DNA of 57,407 nucleotides, filler included, from Basidiobolus ranarum (Eukaryota): NCBI GenBank assembly GCA_040143965.1. It is 3 parts of 3 records of this genome, joined end to end, with 100 filler letters (N's around TTAATTAATTAA, not from the genome) between each part and the next. Parts side by side here need not be neighbours in the genome. Positions count along the whole stretch, not along the records: positions 19,203 to 38,271 come from JASJQH010000258.1; positions 38,372 to 57,407 come from JASJQH010000259.1; 1 more part is not named here. One strand, 5' to 3'. Shown piece by piece: positions 25,738 to 38,483 of this stretch (position 1 is its first letter; each line of letters starts with the position of its first letter). The notes under the pieces were generated by a model. It saw only the letters and a program-made list of their open reading frames with translations, ran no database searches and was not told where the DNA came from. The position numbers and the translations under genes were made by a program.

Positions 25738-28485
25738 TTAGTAGTCAGCATATCGTACTTCTCCATTATCCATCACCCACTCACAATATTTCCTCAAGAA
25801 TTCATCTTTCATACCCACAGTCTCACTATTCCCGATAACACAAAGATGTCGTTTTGGTCTAGTGATGGCGACATTGAGACGACGTGAATCCGAAAGGAAT
25901 CCAACCTCTCCAGAGTCGTTGGATCGAACCATAGAGAAAATCACCGCTTCTTTCTCACGTCCTTGGAAGCCATCCACTATACACAATATGAATAGGTCAG
26001 TATTGAAATGAAAACGAAACCACATTCCAACAACATACCCGAGCCAATCTCCAAGTTCGGATACACTTCTTTCAATGCCAAGGTTAGCATCTTCACTTGT
26101 GCATTATATGGAGTGATTACCGCAATATCCTCTTCACTGACCCCCGCATCCACTAAGTTCTTGACATGCTCGATGACTATAGTGACTTCCCCTTCGTTAT
26201 ACTTACTATCTCCGTCTTTTTCACCGTCACCAGCTTCAGCCAGTTCATTCATACTAGCATGTGCGGTATCGATAAATACCAATGGAGAGATAGTATCATC
26301 TGTCTCTTCGACACCTGTGAGTTGACAGAGCAATCTTTCACGAACCGATTCATGGGCTATGAGCTTGTCCTCGTATAGCTCCATCGATGGATATTTCATG
26401 ATTAGCTCGTGCATTCGATATTGGGTAGTTAACATGGATTTGATTTTGTCTCCGTATATAGCAAGCATACGATCGAACAAAGTAACCTCCAAGCTCTTCC
26501 CAGAAGATGGATCCGAATTTTCCGGTGTGGTGGGGGAGCTATTGCGATTGGACTTGAGTGACTTGATGGTGGGTGGAAGTTGCAAGTGGTCACCTGCCTA
26601 TTCCCAAAGAAAGTCGCATTTAGATAAAAGTCAATAATCGTACCATAGTAAAAATCATCTACCAAAATCACTTTCTTAGCCTTTAAGATAGCGATCCAAC
26701 ATTCCTAGTAGAAAGGGCAAATTGTTAATCCGAGAGGAATGAGGAATGGATGGTGAAAAGAGGTAGCGCTTTGCTTACAGCTAATGGAAGTGATAAGATA
26801 CTTGGGTTAAAAGGTGAGAGTTAGCAGGATACAAAAATGGGGATATTACCTTCTAAGGCCTGGGTTGCTTCGTCAATGATGACTACATCGAACTTTCGGT
26901 TTTTCATGGTTCTACTTCCACACCTACCATCACGATTCCCATATCAGCGAGTGTAGAGCTAGTATAGATAAGATCAAGACATACCCATTTAAAGTGCTCA
27001 ATATAACTGGGGTTTCTTCAAATAATTCTTCAACGACTCTTCCCTCACGTACTCTAAACTCTCTCTTTAAATCTCTGAGCTCCTGATAATAGCCTTTTCT
27101 CTCAGTACGGTTTCTAGACTTTTGGATATTCGCCATAGTCTGATCCATCTCTTTACGTATATCATTCACAAGTTGACCTTGATCACAGGTCTGTGTAACA
27201 ACATCTAGAGCATGCTCCACGACAGCTGGCAAGATACGAGCAGGGTGGCCAACGCGTAGAATATTTAGTCGACATTTGGCCAATCTTTCAACCAAGTTAT
27301 CCACGGAAATATTGGATGGGCCACACACGAGGATTTTCTTCTCTTGCTTTGCCAGTTGTCGAATGATCTCAATCAATGTGTACGTTTTGCCAGTCTAACA
27401 GACGAGGGGAGGGAAGAATATTTAGACCATCAATTCAAAATGTAACTAGTAAACTAAGCCTCACATACTCCTGAATATTAGAAAAGTCAATAACCTATCG
27501 ATTTCCATGTATTCAAGAGAAATCTCTAACCTGGTGGTCCATGAATCAATCCTATCTCATTGGTATTCAATGCGAATTTAACCGCTTGCTTTTGAGAATC
27601 ATTCAAATTCTTATCGAAAAAGGAGATTTTGTTGAATTTGGTAGAGTGTGAGGGTGCTTGGAGATTGAATAAAACTCGAATCAAACTAGACTCTTTCTCC
27701 CGTTTAAGGTCCAACATGGCCCATTTCATTCTAATGGTAAAAGTGATTAAAGCATTCGAAAATATCCGATGAATTGAATTCTATTCACTTGAATGTACCT
27801 TTCATAGCTAATATTATTGGCTAACTTTGTCCTAGAAATTTCCCCATAAAATTAGTTCTCTTGTCTTTCAATGAGGAAGTTATTGCTGTAGTACATTTTA
27901 CATCTATCTTCCCATTCAACTGGTAGCTCTTCTTTCACTGCAACCGTTATCACAGTATCCGTAACCTTTAATACAACTCCATCTACGAACGGAACCGTTT
28001 CATTTGGCTTTAGTGGTGCCCCTACGGTGGCGCTTGGATTGGCACTGACAGTTTTGGAAACTGCAAGAGAAGTACCGGTGGGAGTATTCACTGACACTCG
28101 AAGATCTTCCGTGATTGCTATGATATCCCCCGAACGAATACGATGTGGTAAAAAGGTTGAAAGGTGAAGAGGTGGTTCAAAGTCAACAACACTTATCAAG
28201 AGAAGAAGTAAGGAAAAAGATTTGAAGTCAGTCGACCAGTTGAAAAGTATCCACCATATTCACAACCAGTTAAAGCGCCAAATGGTTACTCTAAGCTTTG
28301 AATAGAATATACCTTTTTCCACCTAAACCAGTTCTAAGTGCTGTGATACGTAAGCCACCTAATGCAAGACCACGTCGCTGTAACTGTTGTACCGATCTTT
28401 GTCCAAGTAGTTCGGAATTTTCGTCAATCTCTAGTTGCCTTTCCTTTTCAAGTAAGGCTAATTGATTTTCTACAAACGTTTCCAT
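25738..28485 (-). CDS. HCS1: SF1 Upf1-like helicase, IGHMBP2/SMUBP-2/Hcs1 type (676 aa); 11 exons: 28485-28313, 28191-27895, 27831-27799, 27730-27531, 27470-27469, 27394-26985, 26923-26850, 26780-26779, 26704-26663, 26597-26039, 25976-25738
   Basis: [82 protein letters not shown] and RRLNVAITR. Exon lengths sum to 2031 nt and all phases agree. No C-terminal R3H or AN1 domain. Confidence 0.92.
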
Positions 28486-28793
28486 GTTCAGTTGCTTTAA
28501 AATATCCAAGAAAAATGCTTACGAGAAAGAAATAAACCAAGCTGAAGATACCATAATATATTAAATATTACCGTAAATATCTTGATTTAGTGAAATCCAC
28601 GATGCTATCAATTTTAGTATTGAGAAAATATGCAGTTTGTTTAGTGATTTTTATTAGAATATTCGTGAATTCTAGGGAAGGTTTACCAAAAGTAAAAGTA
28701 TATGATGGAATGGAATGGGACTAAAAATTACACATGTTCTTGGAATTTAAGCTGACTTACTAAATCTCTCCTACAATCCTCAACTGGAAGTCG

Positions 28794-31700
28794 TTACTCA
28801 CTATCTGATAATACAATAGCAGACCTCTTTCTTTTTGACAGAGGGCCAGGTCCATCACTTTGCTTTACACGTCGCTTAGAGCTTCTTGTTTCCCGTTTGG
28901 TAATAGCAGGGGAGGCTGGTTCACCAGTCGAGCCAAGCTCTTCTGCTGAATTCGTCTCGATATCTAGTAACATATATGAGTATTTGATTGAGCTAGGACT
29001 CGATTTGTCAACATACCTATTTCGTCCGTGTAGAATACTGGGTAAAGCTGTTGAAAATCAAAAGCATTAACAATACTTTTGAGAGGAGTTGTGACAGGAG
29101 AATCTTTTAACAAACGCTCTAGATGTTATTAAAATGTTAGACTTCCTGCATGGTTGTCGTGAAGAATAAAGTCAACAAAAGTTACCAGTAAACTCTTCCA
29201 ATGCGCTCCCACTTAGTTTAATGGTTGATAGCCAAAGGTGCAACGAGTCAAGGTGTATCTTGGAGCGTTCCATGATGTCGGAGTTTTCTATCACCCCAGC
29301 TTTCAACTCGGATGCAAGCTCCAGAAAAATGTCACCAAAAGCTTGAGCAAGAGAATCCGACCACAGACGGCTCCACTGCGTCAAACAAGATCTGAAGAAG
29401 GGATCATACCCACCGTCTCTATGATTACCGAGGGTAGATACGATTTGTTTGGTGGGAGGAACAGTACGAAGAAGAGCCAACAATCCATTCAGTGCCTCAG
29501 GATTAGCTACATAAAGGTAGGTTCAACAGTTAGGATCCATTATGTACACAGAGTTCAAGGACTTTTCAGAGACTTACCATCGGCTTTTAATTTACCAAAC
29601 AGAGAAGAGAAAAGCATCTCAACAGGCTCAATTTTCCCAGCTATTTCAGCAGCGATAAGTTGCCAAACGCATATCTGCTCAAAAGTCTCCCATTCTAAAG
29701 TGGGTGCTATATGTTGAAGAATTTTAGTTACCCAACTAAGCATCTACATTGTCCTCGCTTGTGTTCTTACCAACAGAAGCTTCATAATCCAATTGACCGA
29801 ACATCACGAGTTCATCGGAGTTGAGGCTGGTCATCAGGTGGTAAACCTAGTCAAAATATATATTCAATGATAGAGTCCGTCGTAAACTTCGTATTTCTAC
29901 AATACCTGCGAAGGATCCATCATGGCGACAGCAAGGTGTAAGAAACCAGTATTTCCAATACATATTTCCGCATATTTTCTGAAGATATAAGGTAGAATTT
30001 CATAAAATAGATTGATCTGGCTTTCCTGCAGGTTCTGTAGAAATAGGTTTAAGTATGAACATTTATGGACAAACACGATCTCTTCTGGTCATACCGTCAT
30101 ATCTTTTAGCAATTGGTCCTCTAGTGGGGCATCCTCAAAGGTCGCAAAAGTAGTGTATTTCTCCAATAAAGCCTTCTCGAATTTCCCTTCGGAATCACGC
30201 TCACTATGCCTTGAAGAGAGAAGCTGGTTAGTCGACGTTTGTTTCATACCTATTTGGTAAACTGCTTACTTGGAAATATGAAGAATCCATCTGAATCCAA
30301 TAGCTTCGATCTTCTTCGACATTAGGCTTAAGAGGGTCATCATTCGAGTCTCTAACACATGATCAGAAGAAGAAGCCCATGTTTGATCCAAGAGAATACT
30401 TATCAGATCCTTATTCTCTTCGTCATCTTGAGTAAAGTAATCTTGATCCAAATCGGTGAAAGTGGATCGCTTCATGGATCTAGAGAGAGAGGGAGCGAGT
30501 TTCTCCGGAGGGACAGCCTGTTTAGAAGTCGTTAGTTGTGTATAACCGAATGCATTAGATACCATCACTTACGGTTTTAGCGAACACTTCCAAAATCTCT
30601 TTCAAAAGGCTCTCCGCTTTTGTTGTCTCTTCGTCTGTAGTGGCACTTCTAAAGTCTTTCAAGAGATCGCCAAAGAGCCATAAGCTTGCCTCGTCATCAT
30701 TTTCTTCTTCTTCATCCTCCTCCTCCTCTGGGTCAGCAATATCCTCCATATCTTCTTCATATTGCTCTTCAAGTTCGTCGCCAACTTCTAAAGCGTCCTG
30801 GTCAAGATCTTCGCGTTGGTCGTCGTTCCCATCGAATTTTCCGGGTTCCTGTTCGGCTTCCATTCCACTTACGCCATCAAAGGATTTGAATCTGTCATTC
30901 TGATCGCTATCCGTTGATATGAATTCATTTGTACTACCCCCTTCGTTTAACCCTAAAAAGACGTAATAGTCAATAGCTTTTCTATGCTAGCATGTGGAAT
31001 GCTCTCTATACCAGTGCTTGAATAATTGGAAGCCATCTCTTCTTCTACAACCTCTTCCTCGCTGTTGTCTTCCTCTGGATCTTCTTGGAAAGCGTGGCCT
31101 AATTGACCGGTGAACGAACTCTTAATATCCATTTGGAAAGGGTCTTTATCATCGTCAAATCCCCCAGAATTGATTTGAGTATCGGTTGAATCAAGGCTGG
31201 GATTGTTGAGACTATTTTGACTGATAACATTTCCAAGGATTTGGTTGATTCCTTGACGAACACTGTTGGGAATACCACGATTCTCCAGCATATTATTAAA
31301 TGACCGGATGACTCCTTTTTCCATGATGGTTTGCATAGCAGAGCGTACATGCAATTTGATATCGTTGGCTTTTTCTGGATAATATTCTTCCACGATGAAT
31401 TGGAGGAATTCCAGTAAGATACTAGTGATAAACGCGTATTTCTCCACTGATCTCTCCATTAGTAAGACCGCAGGCTCTAGAAGTTGAAAAAGCGATTGTT
31501 TAGTAGTTTCGAATGAATTTTACTAGTGAGTTGAGGTTTAATACCAATATTCATGATATTATCTACGTTGGGATCATAGAAGAGCCAATCGTAAAATAAG
31601 GCGAGTTTGGCATTGCTCGCAGCGGCATGCGACTATATTAAGATAGGGTCAGTACGGAATCGCACGATGAGAAAAACATTGTACTTAGTGATACCTTGAT

Positions 31701-33379
31701 TCCTCTTATTAACCCACCCACAATCACATATCTAGGTACTATATCCGATGCCAGGACGGCGTTAGTTGGATGATAAACCCCGCAAATATATCGAATGAGA
31801 TCGCAGTACAAGGTTTCAGAGTCTGGGGTCGATAGGTAGCGGTTGATAAACCACTGCATGTTTCTCTGGTGGCGTCCCCACCTCAGCTAGTAACAATCCA
31901 AAGGTTAATCACAATCTATTCACGAATCGCTAATAAACGAATGCTCACATTTTCCATGATGTGGAGAAGCTTGAGCTCCATATCAAAGGTCAATCTACTC
32001 TGGAGGTAAATCTTTGGAGTAGGAACAGATAAGATGTGCCAAACACCTGTATTGCGATTGTTGAGTACAGAACTATACATACAGAGAACAGAGTCACAAA
32101 GTGCTGGCTTACCTCGAAAATGTGGGCTAATTTTTTCTGGGCGATAGAATAGATCTATCCAAAGCTGTTCGAATTCAGGGATGCGTGCTACATCTTGTAG
32201 AGACCGGATAAGGTCACGACCAATATTTGAACACTCTGTGAACTTCAATTCGATATCAATGTCAGTACTGAACACCAGAAATCGATAGAATGTGGCTTAC
32301 TTTTTCGCGCATCAAATAAACACAAAAGTCGGTTTCTTTTTGACGCAACTCTAAGTGTTTCCCGTGGTCTAATATCACTCTGATAAAAGTGTAAAATGAC
32401 GATGCAATTACCACAGGGAAGAGATTCATCCATTGTCTACACAAATCAATATCTTCCTTTAGTTACAAGAAATCTTTAGGAAATATATCAAGTAGAAATT
32501 TACCTATTCTTGGAGAGTAGGTCGACCATTGCTTCGCAAAACGATACGTTCTTGGGAGTAACATCACCGCCTAATGAAGTATCTGGGTAAGTAAATGGAA
32601 TTGGAGGCAATGAACAGAACCATTTTACCTCGTATCTGACGGAGTAGTATTGTGTACAAACTATCAATCCCTTGTACATTCATTCCAGTCAATTGATCGA
32701 CTATCCAAAGCAACTTGAATTTCATTCGGATCATAGTTATCATATGCTACGTTTAGTACGAAAATTCTATTGAATATACTGTAATATCTTAAAATATATA
32801 TATACCTGACTACGGGTTTTAACGTTCATTTTGCAAAACCTAGGTAATGCCGCCAAATACTTCAATTTTCCAACGATATAAGCAAACCCGTCTCTGACGA
32901 TGAAATTAAGATAGCGAAAATACTTTTAGAACCTTTTAAGGCTTTGTTCTCCAAAAAGACTCCCCCTCCCCCATTCAATAGAATAAAATTACCTCGTTAG
33001 CGTTCGAACTATCTGAAAGAATACCGTAAAGAAGACCCTTTGCAAGTTGCGCGTGCTTGGTCATGCTTTGTGACGCCTATATGTTGTGTACGGAATGCTT
33101 CAGTGTTAATCTTCATGTCTAATTAATGCATTGATCCATCTTAAAAACGACCTTCTCTTGTAATTCATTATGTAATTCTATCTCAGATTTCTCAGCTATA
33201 GTCGTTTTGAGCTCTTCGAAGCAAGAGATCATTTCCTAAAATATCAACTCAATCAACATGGCTCTTAGCATACTGTTTTCAAGCTTCTAAATATACCCTA
33301 CCCTATCCAATGCATCAATATCATCTACTGGCTCTAAATCCAACAAGATCGAACTGATCTCTGTTGTTGTCGTCGTCAT
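28794..33379 (-). CDS. INTS3: Integrator complex subunit 3 / SOSS-A ortholog, about 21 exons
   Basis: [93 protein letters not shown]-x5-NIMNIEPA and LEWETFEQ-x2-WQL closely resemble metazoan INTS3 as I recall it. All introns parse as GT-AG. Confidence 0.9.
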
Positions 33380-33680
33380 GATTACTTTACAGACAAGACT
33401 GTTGAGTTCTACAGCAGATAGAGAGAAATCGATCAATCTCATTCATAATTTATTACCAAAATAAATCAAATTTTACTAAATCCAATAAATATCTTATTCA
33501 CGTCAAAACTCTCGTACTACCCAATATGGTAAAATCAGTGAAATTCAATACAGTATATGAAGGGTTTATTTGTATACAACGAGATTGGAAATGCTCAGAG
33601 TCTAAGAAGCTTTTCTACCTCCAACTTGGATTTGTGTTTATAAATTCTAGTATCCTTTCATAAGCTACCAGAGTTATGAG

Positions 33681-34780
33681 TTATTGGTCGAGTACTTCAG
33701 TCACCAATGATTTGCCATCATCTTCCACAAGTTTGCTCTCAACTTTATACTTCCATTTAGGGTGAATCGGCTTTCTATGTATGAAAACCTCGAAGCCATT
33801 GAGTACACCACCTAGCTGCAAGAAACCCGCGGCAAGTACGTATATCCAGGCTTGGTGATATCCTTTAAGCTGTAATATCATGTGAACGATGGCTGGAGTG
33901 AAATGAAACACATGAAGAAATAATGCTATCCCTAGATTCTCGGTATGTTTTCTATGTTTCTGAACGGCATTCATGATGGTCGTACTGTAACGATGGTTTG
34001 AGTGGATACTTAGTGTACGTTTAACTCTATCCGAGGACTGCTCCTCAGGCTGTGTTCCAGTGGTGGGTTTAAAAGTCATATCATGTAGAACTAACAGGTA
34101 GCACACTAAAACGATAAATAGCACGCTATAGTGAACACCAAGAAATAGCTTGAGAAAGACCCGACCGGAATACGTGTGTTCATCCACTAGACACCTGGTG
34201 ATTGAGAGGTGAATGACAATACAACGTAGAATAATCAGTATCATGTAACTTACCAATACATATCCGGACCAAAGCTTCGCGTATAAACACCGGCAATAGC
34301 TGTCCCAAGACAACTAAGTCCACAGCCTACCCACACTTTCCAATCCCATCTGCCCAAGTAGACATCAATCTTTCTAACTAACTGCAAATAGGTGACCACA
34401 GCTACTGTTCCAACAACCGTCATCTCAATGAAAGTTCCCAAATAGATTATACCACCTATTACGGCACAGGTTTTCTTTGATGGCAATTCATCCCAGTACA
34501 TGGTGTCTGCTACCATAAATAAAGTGATACACCCTATAAACAAATCTAAAATCGCAATGTAAAATGGGAATCGTATAGAAGAGGATAGATGTGGCTTTTT
34601 GGTCTCTGATTGGTTTCGATACTTGATTTCTTGAAAGTCAATATAAGACATATATATGACCCCAGAAGAAGCACATATATTTAAAGTGGCCGTGATAGTG
34701 GTTAACATATAGAAGAATATCGAACCACGTGGAGCAAAGTCAGAGAAGAAATGATTCTCCTCTACTTCTTCCACTTCACA
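33681..34780 (-). pseudogene. Second 7TM GPCR-like gene, intron 34195-34253; 5' end abuts a copia RT fragment and the start codon is uncertain
   Basis: RFPFYIAILDL, C-x3-G, YLGRWDWK, FGPDMYW/C and GGVLNG with seven hydrophobic segments. The ORF-track start is a GTG inside antisense copia RT sequence; the first in-frame ATG (34708) lies inside TM1. Confidence 0.65.
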
Positions 34781-36270
34781 AAAAGCACTTAATGGTCTCA
34801 AACAATCACTCAGGGCCTGGTACACTAAGATAGTCACATACTTGGAATTACTAGATTACCAAAAGAGTATGGCAGATTTTGGGATCTACTTTAAGAGAGA
34901 TGAAAATAGTAAGCTGATACTTGCCTCATATGTAGATGATCTGATTATAGCTAGAAATAATGATGAAGCTGTCAGCAACACCAAAAGAGATCTATCAGTC
35001 CAATTTGAGATGACCAATTTAGGTGAACTAATGTTTTTTTTAGGCCTGCAGATCCATGCTGATATATTGAGCAAATCTATTACTCTGAGTCAACCTAAAT
35101 GTATCTCAGACAATCTCAGATACTACAGGCTGGAGAATTGTAAGGCAGCAGCAATTCCCATGGATCCAGGTGTAAAACTAGTCAAAAATCTCATCAAAAA
35201 TGAAGAAAATCAACCAAATATGGCTCAAAATATGTCATTTGAAAGCCCTGAGCTCCCTTATTAATCTATGGTAGACAGTTTGATATATGCTATGACTGGA
35301 ACCCAACCCAATATCTGTTTTGCAGGGGGAGTAGTTAGCTTACATGTGCAAAACCCAAGTTCTGAGCATTATGCAGCAGTTAAGTGGATTTTCAGATATT
35401 TGAAGAGGACAATTGATCTGTGATTATAAGACATATATTATTGCAAGAATAAGGATCTAATTATGCTCAGAGATGCTGATTGGGGATGTGATATTGAGGA
35501 CAGAAGATCTATCATGGGATATACCTTATTCAATTGTAAAGCAGTCATATTTTGGAATAGCAAGAAACAACCCACCATAGCACTTTCAAAAACTGAAGCA
35601 GAGTGCATGGCAGCATCACATTCAACAATGGAGGCTATGTGTTTAAGGAAACTGCTCAAAGACTTGGGTATTTTTTAAAGTTCACCCACCATAATTTGAA
35701 GCATAATCAAAGTTGTATTTCTTAAGCTAAAAATCCCAAATTTCATGCTAGAAGTAAGCACATTGACATTGAACATCACTTTGTTACAAAAGCTCTTGAG
35801 AAAAAGCATGTCCAACTAGAGTACTGTCTCACTGGGGACATGATTGCTGACATCCTTACCAATCTATTACCCAAATCAAAATTGGAAGAATTAAGATTTA
35901 AGTTAGGATTAAGATATATGAATATTTAGGTGAGTGGGAGTGTTGAGGTTTATTGTCTTTATCATATTTGTTCTCTCTATCTTTATACACCTAAGTATTT
36001 CATATATCACATATAAGTTAGTTAAGAATACTTGGGCAAATATCACTAATTTCAGATCAGAACATATATTATATATATGTGAATAATGTGAAAATTAGCA
36101 ATTCCATATTGGAAATTTCATACTTGTCAAAATTGCCCCAAAGATTGCCCATTTTATGCCCACAGATGTTCTGAACACAACCCCAGTGTTAGTTTTCTGT
36201 ATTTCCACCAAAATTTGTAAATGCTTTATTTCTGGACAATAAATAAATATCTCACAATGCTATTTCCAAC
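34781..36270 (+). mobile_element. Decayed Ty1/copia RT-RNase H, polypurine tract (35930-35940) and probable 3' LTR starting at 35941
   Basis: KALNGLKQSLRAWY, YVDDLII, FEMTNLGEL-x2-FLG, DADWG, WNSKKQPTIALSKTEAE, KHIDIEHHF and MIADILT, with stops and frameshifts; GTGAGTGGGAG-TGTTG junction. The LTR end is approximate. Confidence 0.85.
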
Positions 36271-37129
36271 TTCACTTTCCTAAAGTTCCTCCAAACAGCC
36301 CATTTTTTTCCAATAGTGAGGTGTTGGATAAACTTCCAAGTTTAGCACTCTTCCAGCAGGTGTACCTGGTTCCATGGTGAAATTAACCTTTTTCAAGTAA
36401 GGGCATATGCATCTGTGGCAGGCTATTTGTTGACAACAAGTTGGGACATTTTGACCAAATTCTTTATGCAATTTTGCCAAAATCCAAGAGCTTGTTCTCA
36501 TTGTCAATGGTAACAAGAGTCAGTTATATTTCAAGTGTCAGTGCTATTCTAAAACTCCATTGTTTAGCAATATTTCTACCATTAGTTTGCTGGTAAAGCA
36601 TATTGATGTTGTTGAGTTATGTAAAATCAGTAAAGTATGTGCATATGTAGAGAATAAACAAAATAATATTCTTGCATTTTTTTATTCTCTTCATGGCAGG
36701 AATACAGAGCCTAAGACATCTAAATTATTGATATGCTTATTAATTCAAATATCTATAGCAGTAGCCCAGTATTTTGCCATTGGAAAATTGGCTTTTTCCA
36801 AAAGTTGTTGGGAACAGAATAGCACATGCCAAATATGAGGATCAATATCCACCATGTACAACAACCAGCATAATACCATTAGGAAGCAACTGCCTCATCA
36901 TCAAGATGGGCACCAGAAGAGTGGATCTGATCTGGATCAAATTGTTTTTGTTTGTGTTTGGGACATTGGTTAGCTGTGAAACAGATACTATGGTACTTGA
37001 AAGGAACAAGACATTCTGGAATTCTATTTAGTAAGCAGTGGAACATGTCAGTCATTTTCAAGGGATATGCAATACAGAAGATCATGAGTCCAGAACTGTG
37101 TAAATGCTGTGCTAGCTGGTAGACCAATA

Positions 37130-37324
37130 AGCTGAATAATTTCAAAAGTACCAACTGTTACATAATCAAATGCAGAAGCAGAGTTTATAGAAATCTCTAA
37201 GGCTATTCACGAAGCTTTATGGCTAAGGAGTCTTCTCAAGGAATTAGGATACAATGAAGTTAACCCTACCCCTCTATATCATGATAATGTTAGTCTTACT
37301 CGGATTACCATAAATGCTGAGCAC
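37130..37324 (+). mobile_element. Copia RNase H fragment, interrupted by the adjacent minus-strand element
   Basis: AEAEFIEISKAIHEALWLRSLLKELGY...LYHDN. Confidence 0.75.
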
Positions 37325-38271
37325 TGATATAAGTGTTTAGGGGATTTGGAAGTGTTTTGGACAAGATTTGGATTTGTGAATTAAACACTTAAGTTTTATT
37401 GAATTAAATATGCCCTATTTATAGTTTAATACAAAATAGGACTATTGGACATGTTTAGATCATAACAAACATGCCTGTTAAGCATGGCTGAAAATTTGAG
37501 GTGATTTAGAGAAGTTTTGAGAAATTAGTCAAAATTGTAAAATTGATCTAATTAATATTTCTATCTATTAGAGCAATAAACACACGTTTTTGAATGACAG
37601 AATTGAGTGCTAAATAATCAGAATATGAATAAACTAACTACTAAATAATCAGTTGCTATTTACCTAATTTCAACATTCCCACTCAACTAATTATTTTGTT
37701 TTTCTCTCAAACCTAACTTATATCTTAATAATTCAAATTGTGCTTTAGCTAAAGGTTTAGTTATGATATCAGCTATCATTTCTTCAGTAGGGCAATAGAC
37801 AAGTTCAATTATATCATTCTCTATTGCTTCTCTAGCAAAATGATGCCTAATATCTATATGTTTTGTTCTAGCATGAAAAGTAGGGTTTTTAGCTAATGAA
37901 ATACAACCTTGATTATCTTCAAATACAGTAATAGCACATTTTTGCACATATCCTAAGTCTGTAAATAACTTCCTTAACCACATAGCTTCTTGTGTAGTAG
38001 CAGAGGCAGCCATATACTCTGCTTCTGTAGTGGAAAGTGTTATGGTTGGCTGCTTCTTACTATTCCAAGTTATGGCTCCATTGTCATAGAGAAGAGTGTA
38101 TCCAGTTGTTGATCTTCTATCATCAAGGTTTCTTCCCCAGTCTGCATCACTGTAGTCTTGAAATTTTGTGCATCAGGAGTGGCAGAGTATTCCAGAACTG
38201 GATCTACAGTTCCTCTCAAATACCTGAATATTTGTTTTACTGCAGTTTTGTGCTCAGATCCAGGATTTTTG
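37325..38271 (-). mobile_element. 3' end of a Ty1/copia element (family B): RT/RNase H, polypurine tract and 3' LTR (37675-37325)
   Basis: STTEAEYMAAS, FEDNQGCISLAKNPTFHARTKHIDIRHHF and YCPTEEMIADIITKPL; TTGAGTGGGAA followed by TGTTG...ATCA. Confidence 0.88.
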
Positions 38272-38371
38272 NNNNNNNNNNNNNNNNNNNNNNNNNNNNN
38301 NNNNNNNNNNNNNNNTTAATTAATTAANNNNNNNNNNNNNNNNNNNNNNNNNNNNNNNNNNNNNNNNNNNN
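38272..38371. other. Artificial contig linker (N44-TTAATTAATTAA-N44)
   Basis: Same 100-nt spacer as 19103-19202. Confidence 0.97.
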
Positions 38372-38478
38372 CATACATATTGCACACACCACAGCTTATC
38401 ATCCACAGGCAAATGGGATGATAGAGAGAGGGCATGGACCCTTAGTGAACTCAATAGTCAAGTCCTGCCAAGGCAAAT
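38372..38478 (+). mobile_element. Ty3/gypsy integrase core fragment
   Basis: HTTAYHPQANGMIERGHGPL matches the YHPQxNGxxER motif around the catalytic Glu. Confidence 0.75.
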
Positions 38479-38483
38479 CACAG

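Noticed and set aside
28192-28312. Third micro-exon (TTAG-A-GTAACC) in the 121-nt first helicase intron
   Set aside because: The upstream intron would be only about 22 nt, and the flanking exons already join in frame (GGKS-VVDFEP).
30640-30903. Ser-rich and His/Leu-rich + strand ORFs
   Set aside because: These are antisense shadows of the Asp/Glu-rich INTS3 linker.
25738-33379. U12-type (minor) introns in the helicase or INTS3
   Set aside because: None of the parsed introns begins with RTATCCTT; all fit U2-type GT-AG.
36280-37130. Short ORFs between the copia remnants as host genes
   Set aside because: The stretch is stop-ridden and embedded in TE debris; it is probably decayed mobile DNA, but I could not assign a family.
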